NCBI GenBank assembly: GCA_951406725.2
Contig: OX597814.1
Location: 148,738,001 to 148,802,000 of the forward strand
DNA from: Octopus vulgaris
Lineage: Eukaryota
DNA: 64,000 nt
Direction: 5' to 3'
Shown here: piece after piece, positions 56,520 through 64,000 of the stretch
How the letters are laid out: the number at the start of each line of letters is the position of its first letter
Position numbering within the stretch: position 1 is the stretch's first letter
Program-made: the position numbers and the translations under genes
Notes under the pieces: model-generated
The model's database searches: none
What the model saw: the letters and a program-made list of their open reading frames with translations, nothing else
Told to the model about the DNA's origin: nothing

Positions 56520-57018
56520 ATCTGTCAGTATTTGAGAGTGTATGTTTGGGTATCTTCCCATTTTTCATATGTGTGTGTGTTTGCGTAACCGGTACCTACG
56601 TTAATAAAGACACAGATATATCGTCACAAGCTCTTGAGAAAAACAAATTACGTGGAAGATCCAAGTTATATAAAAATACACATCTGCAACACTTAATGCC
56701 GAATCATTAAAACAACATTTTAAAGATTCACAGAGATCCGATAGTATAGCTCTCCGAAACAGACAATATACAAATTCGTTCTTCACACATGAACCTGCTT
56801 TCAGATATGGTCCATACAATTCTTATGAAAATGATAATTCTGTACAAATTGGTGTGCTAAATTCAAATTGTTGTTTATGCAAACCTTTAACATTTATCTC
56901 CACAAATGTTTTGTCATCAATGCTGCACTGTCCTGTATCACATGTTTCAATATGAATGTAATACATATATCCAAACTACGCTGTTTTAATCCCGAGCAAC
57001 ACTGGGTATCTCTGCTAG
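56520..57018 (+). mobile_element. Helitron-like element (3' end clear, 5' end uncertain)
   Basis: cccgagcaacactgggtatctctgCTAG|T at 56991-57019, very similar to the 3' end of the 25467 element. Confidence 0.6.
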
Positions 57019-57019
57019 T

Positions 57020-57290
57020 TTTAGGGGGTAGAAAGGGCTCCTTAGCCGTAGTGGAGGCAATCTATCTAGGGAGATAAACTTACAATAAATCACTCGGTCC
57101 GTAGCTTAGAAATACTGGGTTGACGTCCAGCGGGAACAGCTTTGTTTCATGGAGGAGGAAAGATCTTCTTTAGTACTTGGTTGTACAATGCTTTCCAATG
57201 TGTGTAGTAGTGGCGCGCGCACACATTATTAGCCATTTGAAAAGACTATGAAAGTATCGACCACGGTCGAACAATGATGATGATGATGCT
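57020..57290 (+). mobile_element. RTE-UTR-like short retroelement ending in (ATG)n
   Basis: ggcaatctatctagggaga motif similar to 44243; simple-repeat tail. Confidence 0.4.
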
Positions 57291-57769
57291 AGTTTTATAT
57301 ATATATATATTCCTGTCGTGTGTTCAGTCAACCTATTGGAGTAACTTGTCTTCACTAAATTGTAAGGAAAAAGAAATCCGACTATACTTAACTCGTATTT
57401 TAAATCGAATTATTTCGCATTGTAGATTTACTAGGAGATAGAGTTAATAAAATATATTTCAAGTTAATTTACAGGTCCAAATGTAATTTTATTTTCAATA
57501 AAACTGTGAAAGTGGAAAATCCAACACATATATGCTACTCAGAATGCCATATTTTAAGATAAAGAGCAGCAACATCTTTAATGAAGGTAGTTGAATTCAT
57601 TTAAAGTTTCTGTTACCAGCTTCATTTTCTTTTCTTCCGCATGCGTAAGAATATTGTACTGCTCAAAAAGCTTCGACACAACTTGTTGAGACATGAAGAA
57701 TAACCCTCTATATATTTCTGAATACAAACATTTTGAAAGATATATTTTACATATAATTTTGCTATATGT

Positions 57770-57797
57770 CTGTGTGTGAGTTTGTGTGTGTCTGTAT

Positions 57798-57870
<73 letters not shown>

Positions 57871-58545
57871 TGTGTAAATATACAGGCTCTGTCAACATCT
57901 ATGTACCTTGTATAATGTAAATGAGTTTGAATCCCTTTATTTCGGAGTACAACTGAGTTCATCCAATTGTAGATTGTGTGAATAAAAAAAGGAAAAGAAG
58001 ATGAACAACAACAAAAACAGCAATGACAACAGCAGCAGCAACACATATACTACGAAGAACTACAACACAAACAACTACAACAACAATAAATTCAAAACTT
58101 CGCTCGTCTTTATCAACCGGTCAAGAAACTAAAGTTAATGTTGGTCTCGGTGACATGTGAGCTCAGCGCATGTAGATGGAACACATATCGTATGTGATTC
58201 TTTCCGACGGTTTAACAAGAGTAATTTTCAAGTTTCTAGTTCAATTTAAAGCCAATCCAGCTGTAACATTCATTGGAGACTATTTAATCAAATTTCCTCT
58301 TACCATGGCTTTCTATTGATATGAGAAAATATTTATTGGTATTGATTAAGAGAATTGCAAAAGAAATATCTCATAAAAAGTAATAAAAAATCCTTCCATT
58401 GGACGTTTCATAAAATTGACAAGTAGAATCAATAATTTTTGTTCAATACACACATGCTCACAGGCATCAACGCACATTGCCATGCAAACAAACACTCAAA
58501 CACATAATTATTTTATGTGACATAACAACACATACACCAATTTTA

Positions 58546-58586
<41 letters not shown>

Positions 58587-59598
58587 CAATGTTATATATG
58601 TAGGTATATATATATATATATATATATACATACATACATATACATATGCATATACATATTCATATACATATACAATTACATATACATATATACGCATACA
58701 TATGCATATATACGTAAGTATATATATGTGCACGCTCAAACTTTCAGTTATATCACATGTCATTCTTTTTCATAAAAGAAAGCAAAAAAAAAAAATAAAA
58801 AACTGATAGATGAATTTATGAAGAGAATATGATGAAGAAAATAATTTTTGTGAAGACAAATAAATGCTGCGTACAGAAACACAATGAAGAGATAATGTTT
58901 TCAGAATAAGGAAATAAATCGAATTTCAGAATAAGCGAGGAAAAGAAAATTGCGATTTTTAAGAATGTATGATTTATGTATTCCGGAATACCACTCACAT
59001 TGATTTCTTTGTAGTTACTTGTATTTTTAAAAATATATATTTGATATATATTTTGTATATATTCTCTTGTATCCACTATATCTTATAAAAGTTTTCTCTC
59101 CCCATATATTCTCTCCGCGTATTAAAATATACATACATACATAATACATACATAAAAACATATATATATATATATATATTGTATCTAAATTTGACGATTG
59201 TGTGTAGTTTTCCCTTTTGTACTTTAAAGCAAAATTAATTCATCATATTTAATGTTCTTTTATATTCGAACATGCAATAAAATGTCAAATTTTGTTATTA
59301 AAATTGCTGTCTTCCCGAATAAGTTTAAAATTGTTTCAGCAATATCTTAAAACTTTGAACTCTTCCATTGATAAATGCAAAGCTTGCAAAATCGCAGCAT
59401 TGAGAATAGAGGATTGCACAAAAGTCGCTCACACACACACACAGACACACACACACACACATACACACACTCGTTCATATATATATAAATGCAGATATAA
59501 GTACATATACATACACAGCTTTTCACTCTATAATATATCTAAGAGTATGTAGGTATATATATGCATCTATATACATATATGCATATACATGTAGAAGT

Positions 59599-59681
<83 letters not shown>

Positions 59682-59880
59682 TTCTACATTATATGCATAT
59701 ATGTATATAAATGCATATATATATATATATATAGCTACATACCCTTAAATATATAATAGAGTGAAAAGCAGACTTACTGAATGATAGACAGATAGATAGA
59801 TAGATTTTGGGATGGATATATGTATGGATGGATGGATGAATGGATGGAGGGGTGGATGGAGACAGAGACAGAGTGAGAAG
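57770..59880. repeat. Several (TG)n, (TA)n, (CA)n and (TGGA)n blocks
   Basis: Blocks at 57770-57875, 58545-58730, 59430-59740 and 59785-59860. Confidence 0.85.
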
Positions 59881-61002
59881 CGGGGAGATAGGACAGTGAA
59901 ATATCTTTAATAACACAATGAAGAGAAAAACTTACATTATTTATCAACAATAAAATTTCTTGAATGAAGTAATGTCGTTTTACTTTAACGAAAGAATTGA
60001 ATATTTCAAAATGAAAGATAAATGTGATTTCTCTCGATTACAGATATGTCGTTTTTTATAGTATACTAGTTTCTTTTATTAGTTTTCGTTTCATCGATGT
60101 TACGGAGCAGTTGAAATTTGCGTTATATAGAATCATATAGAATTTATCACAATATTCGTTGCAAACGATATAGCTCAATAGTTTTCATAGCAATAACCTT
60201 AAGAAGTCTATACTTTCAAGCGAAGTCGGACATAAATGATATACGTTGGGAACATGGTAGATATTCGTTTATTAAAATCGATTGAAGGTTATTGATTTCT
60301 AAGACTAGGCCTGGGTCTAGGTTGTATGTTGTATATGAGATAATGAAGGTTCTTGCTATACTTTTTGTAATATGGCTACAAACCGGTATCAGGTCTCGAA
60401 AATGTGTAAAGTGTGTAGTTAAGACGTATGTAATATTTTCTGACAGAGAGTTAATTTGAAATTAAATGATTGATAGACGCGCGCACGCACGGTTCCATGT
60501 ACACCTACACACGTATGTGTGTGTCTATGTATGTCTGTCTGTCTATATATTCTTTTAGTTTTTTAGTTGTTACAGTCATCGGATAGTCACTTTGCCGGGA
60601 CATTTCCTTGGGCGGATTTTCAGTCGGGTACATGGCCACCAGTAATAATTTTGAAATCTGATACATATTCAATGAGCCCCTTGTGCCAAAAAACTAATTT
60701 ACACTGCGTCAAAAACTTCAAGACGCAAATATATATATGCACTTACACATAAATTTTCATACATATTTTACATTCTGTTATTTTCAATCAAATGTCAGTG
60801 GTAAACACATGATTATAGAGGAAGATAGAGGTCGAAACATCGAAGTCATTCTGACACACATTATGTTAAAATCTAATAAATGTTATGTAAAATTCTAATG
60901 AAAATATACTCTACTAAGAAGTATTAATTCCTCTGTTTCATGTGAAAATACGTCTATACATAACGTGGAATAAAATAGAACATCAATATACCAACAAGCG
61001 CA

Positions 61003-61062
<60 letters not shown>

Positions 61063-61063
61063 T

Positions 61064-61840
61064 TGTGTCATCCCATAACTAATGCAGTTTTAATAACATC
61101 TTTTATTTTTCAAAATTAAAGTAAATCTAAAATATACTCTTCTTCATTTTCTACAATGCTCTTTCATCTATCTGGTAGACTTGCAAGGTCCCTCTTCCAA
61201 ACATCACTTGTCCGTGACGAAAAAAAATTCCGGCATTTTTCTGATCTCGTCCACAGAATATATATTTTTTTGCGTTCAAATGATTTTGAACACTGCAGAA
61301 TAAATGATAATCAGATGGTGCAATGTCCGGTGAATATGGTCAGTGGGACATCGTTTATCATTCAAATTGCTCCAGGCATTGGAATGCCATCCTCGCTTTA
61401 CATGGCTGAGCATTTTCCTGATAGGAGAACACCTTACGTCTTTCCACTAGCGCTGACTTGAATGAATGGTTGAATGACCAAATCCAAGCTTCTCTACTAG
61501 TTCCGCAATTGTTACGATGGAATTTTCTTCCACCAGGTTTCGCAGGACGTCCTCACCTAGCTCTAAAGATCTTCCAGTAAATTTGATCGTGTTCTGGACT
61601 GTAGTTTCCAGCTCAAAATTTCTGAAACTACCGTTTACACTAGCTTACGCTTATTGTTCGACCCCATATACAGCATTTATTTTCATCGCAATTTCCGTTG
61701 CGGTGTTGCCTTTAGTGAACTTATATATGGTGAATATGATCCTTTGTGACTTCCAGTATAGCTCTGAAAAAACAAGTGTTAAAATCAAATTGCACTCTTC
61801 AACACTTGAACTAAGAATAAGGTGATGGTAATATTACTAG
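61064..61840 (-). mobile_element. Internally deleted mariner element
   Basis: KGNTATEIAMKINAVYG (N-terminus); PYSPDIAPSDYHLFCSVQNHL...LPDR*KSIVEN (C-terminus); TIR-like ttgtgtcatcccataactaatgc after TA. Confidence 0.88.
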
Positions 61841-61847
61841 TTACTTT

Positions 61848-62146
61848 TGTTCCTTATCGAGCCATGCCTGGCTCATAAGGGCCGGTTTCTCGGTTTCCTT
61901 GGTGTATAGGTTCCCCACCTGGACGGGACGCCGGTCCATCGCAGGTGAGCTGCAAGATGTAGGAGGAAAGAGTGAGAGAAAATTGTGGCGAAAGAATCAG
62001 CAGAAGTTCGCCATTACCTTCTGCCGGAGCCGCGTGGGGCTTAGATGTTTCGCTCATAAACACACACATCGCCCGGTCTGAGATTCGAACCTGCGATCCC
62101 TCGACCGCGAGTCCGCTGCTCTAACCACTTGGCCATGTACCTCCAC
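61848..62146 (-). mobile_element. SINE family D (tRNA head)
   Basis: Head tggccaagtggttagagcagcggactcgcggtcgagggatcgcaggttcgaatctc with clear A and B boxes; tail gcgatggaccggcgtcccgtccagg. Confidence 0.92.
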
Positions 62147-62378
62147 AAATACATGTGTTCTTTTTAAAGCCTAGCCAGACTCATGGGCCCGGTTTCCCCA
62201 GCTGGGCGGGACGCCAGTCCATTGCAGCGTTACTCATTTTTACCAGCTGAATGAACTGGAGCAACGTGAAATGAAGTGTTTTGCTCTAGAACACAACGCG
62301 TCGCCCGTTCCAGGAATCGAAACCACAATCTTATGAACATGAGGCTGACACCCTAACCACTAAGCCACGCGCCTTCAC
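62147..62378 (-). mobile_element. SINE family C, tail type 2
   Basis: Homologous to 26181-26442. Confidence 0.92.
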
Positions 62379-62424
62379 ATTAGCTACTTTAATAGCAATT
62401 TCATGCAGATAGTTTAGCCTGCCC

Positions 62425-62959
62425 CACCCCGGCTTTTAGTGTCATTTTGGTCAACTAAAAGTAGTTTTCGCACAAACGTGGCAGACACGCGTCTCATACC
62501 CAAATCTTTAGTGATAATGGACTGAACTGAACCATAACTCATCTGCACTTTCTCTGATAACTCACGGATGACGATTCGACGATTTCGTCGCATAGCTATA
62601 TACACATCTGTGACGTTTTTCTCAGTTCTGCTGGTTGATGACTCCCAGGACATTTGTCAATATCAACACTTTTCGGCCATTTTGGAAATGTCTGACCCAC
62701 TCGTACACTTGTGTGCGGCAAATACACTGTTCTCTATACACTTTCTGCAACTTTGCGCAGGCCTCTGAGCAGTTATCGCTACTACAACTTTCTCTGTCAT
62801 TGTCAATACGACGATCACAGGCTACACTGAGCTAGAACGCCAAAACTTAGTGCGCATGCACAGCGGGGGTCAAGATCAATCTGTGCCAAGCAGCTTCACT
62901 CTGCGTATTTTAGCTTCGTTACTATAGCAACAATCCGGATACTTAGTGATCAAGGCTCG
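62425..62959 (-). mobile_element. Mariner 5' fragment with TIR
   Basis: LQKVYREQC..RTQVYEWVRHFQNGR; NRRIVIRELSEKVQMSYGSVQSIITKDLGMRRVSATFVRKLL (degenerate WVPxxL); terminus ...tgatcaaggctcg|TA. Confidence 0.88.
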
Positions 62960-64000
62960 TATACCATTTATTCCTTTAGCAAATTTAAAACAGGTCTAGT
63001 TATTACATTCAACCGCCCCCACTACATATAAACGAAACACACTTAAATAATTTATATCTTTTGCGCTTTCAACTCCAACTGCCTTACTATAATATTCGAC
63101 TTACCTACTTCATACAAAAAGTAATTTCACGATTACTATCTTGGAAAATGAGCACGCCATGTATATATAGCATACAACAGTAAGAGGATCCTGCAGTTAC
63201 TCTAATAGAAACCACAAAAGTCACTTCTTTTAGTCATTCTATTAGCCTGTAGCTTCAAACTTTCTTCCACCTCCATAAAACTTGCACACCAGCTCAAATA
63301 CAGATAACATCAGACTTACATCTTCTAATTAATCTCCCAACACCGCTACATTAATCCGACTGAACGCGGAACAGTAATAAATTTTGATCACAACAAACAT
63401 ACGTAAAATAGCGTTACATGTAGTACATGCAGTGGGCAAGATACAGCTGTTCCCTTTTACAGTATGTTGCAGCATGAAAATGGTATGCCAGATTTTACAA
63501 GTATACATAGGAAAACTAGGCATTAAACAGGGCATAACCAATCTATCGATGCATGCTGTTAGAGTACATCCGGAACAATAAACTTTTCAATCAGATTTAG
63601 CAGGTTGGCCAATTAACTGCATCAGTCAGAGTTGATATGTAGCTGCACAACAAAAACCTGAAAGTTAAACAGACAAGCATTCAAATAGATACCACATGAG
63701 AAATTACGATTCTGAAATAATTTGAAAAGTACTGCTGCAAAGATTTGATACTTCTTATTTGGTTTCAAATAATCGATTGCCAGAAAACTTACGAGTGTTA
63801 GCAGGCGCCTCAAGGCATCCATGAACCTACGACGAATATATTATATTACTGATGGAGATATAGTCAATTGGAATTAAATACATAAACTGATATTTATTTC
63901 AGTACTGGTAGCATATTCTTTAGAAATATAAAACGTTGAAGTTTCCCTTCGGGCTTTATGGTGGTGGAGAATCCGTTGGTTTCGACGATGAGTGTCAAGT

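Noticed and set aside
62075-62146. tRNA-like sequences (also ~16710, 26380, 36730, 41454)
   Set aside because: A and B boxes run straight into SINE bodies without a proper acceptor stem; these are SINE heads, not tRNA genes.
63384-63581. ORF containing VYIG, possible GIY-YIG fragment
   Set aside because: Single short motif with no supporting upstream or downstream motifs.
63965-64000. gtttcg at the window edge, possible minus-strand hammerhead GAAAC
   Set aside because: Truncated by the window end and lacks a valid NUH triplet.

Overview
AT-rich eukaryotic DNA, intergenic or intronic, saturated with microsatellites and decayed transposons. The repeat content points to an octopus (coleoid cephalopod) genome; this is inferred from recalled repeat families, not from a search. 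No intact protein-coding gene can be supported, and nearly all listed ORFs are microsatellite read-through. Recognisable content: at least four tRNA-headed SINE families; R4/Dong-type retrotransposon fragments tied to (TAA)n; a Penelope-like element (PLE) with RT-thumb and GIY-YIG remnants; five mariner and one Tc1 relic; four non-autonomous Helitron-like elements; two hAT-like MITEs; and an ~830 bp element with ~250 bp inverted arms. The most striking signal is a nearly complete type I hammerhead ribozyme (16120-16174, minus strand) inside a 73-bp-arm palindrome inserted in (TA)n. It belongs to a recurring pattern of microsatellite-anchored PLE-like tails with hammerhead remnants and fold-back ends. 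All calls were made by eye; boundaries of old relics are approximate.
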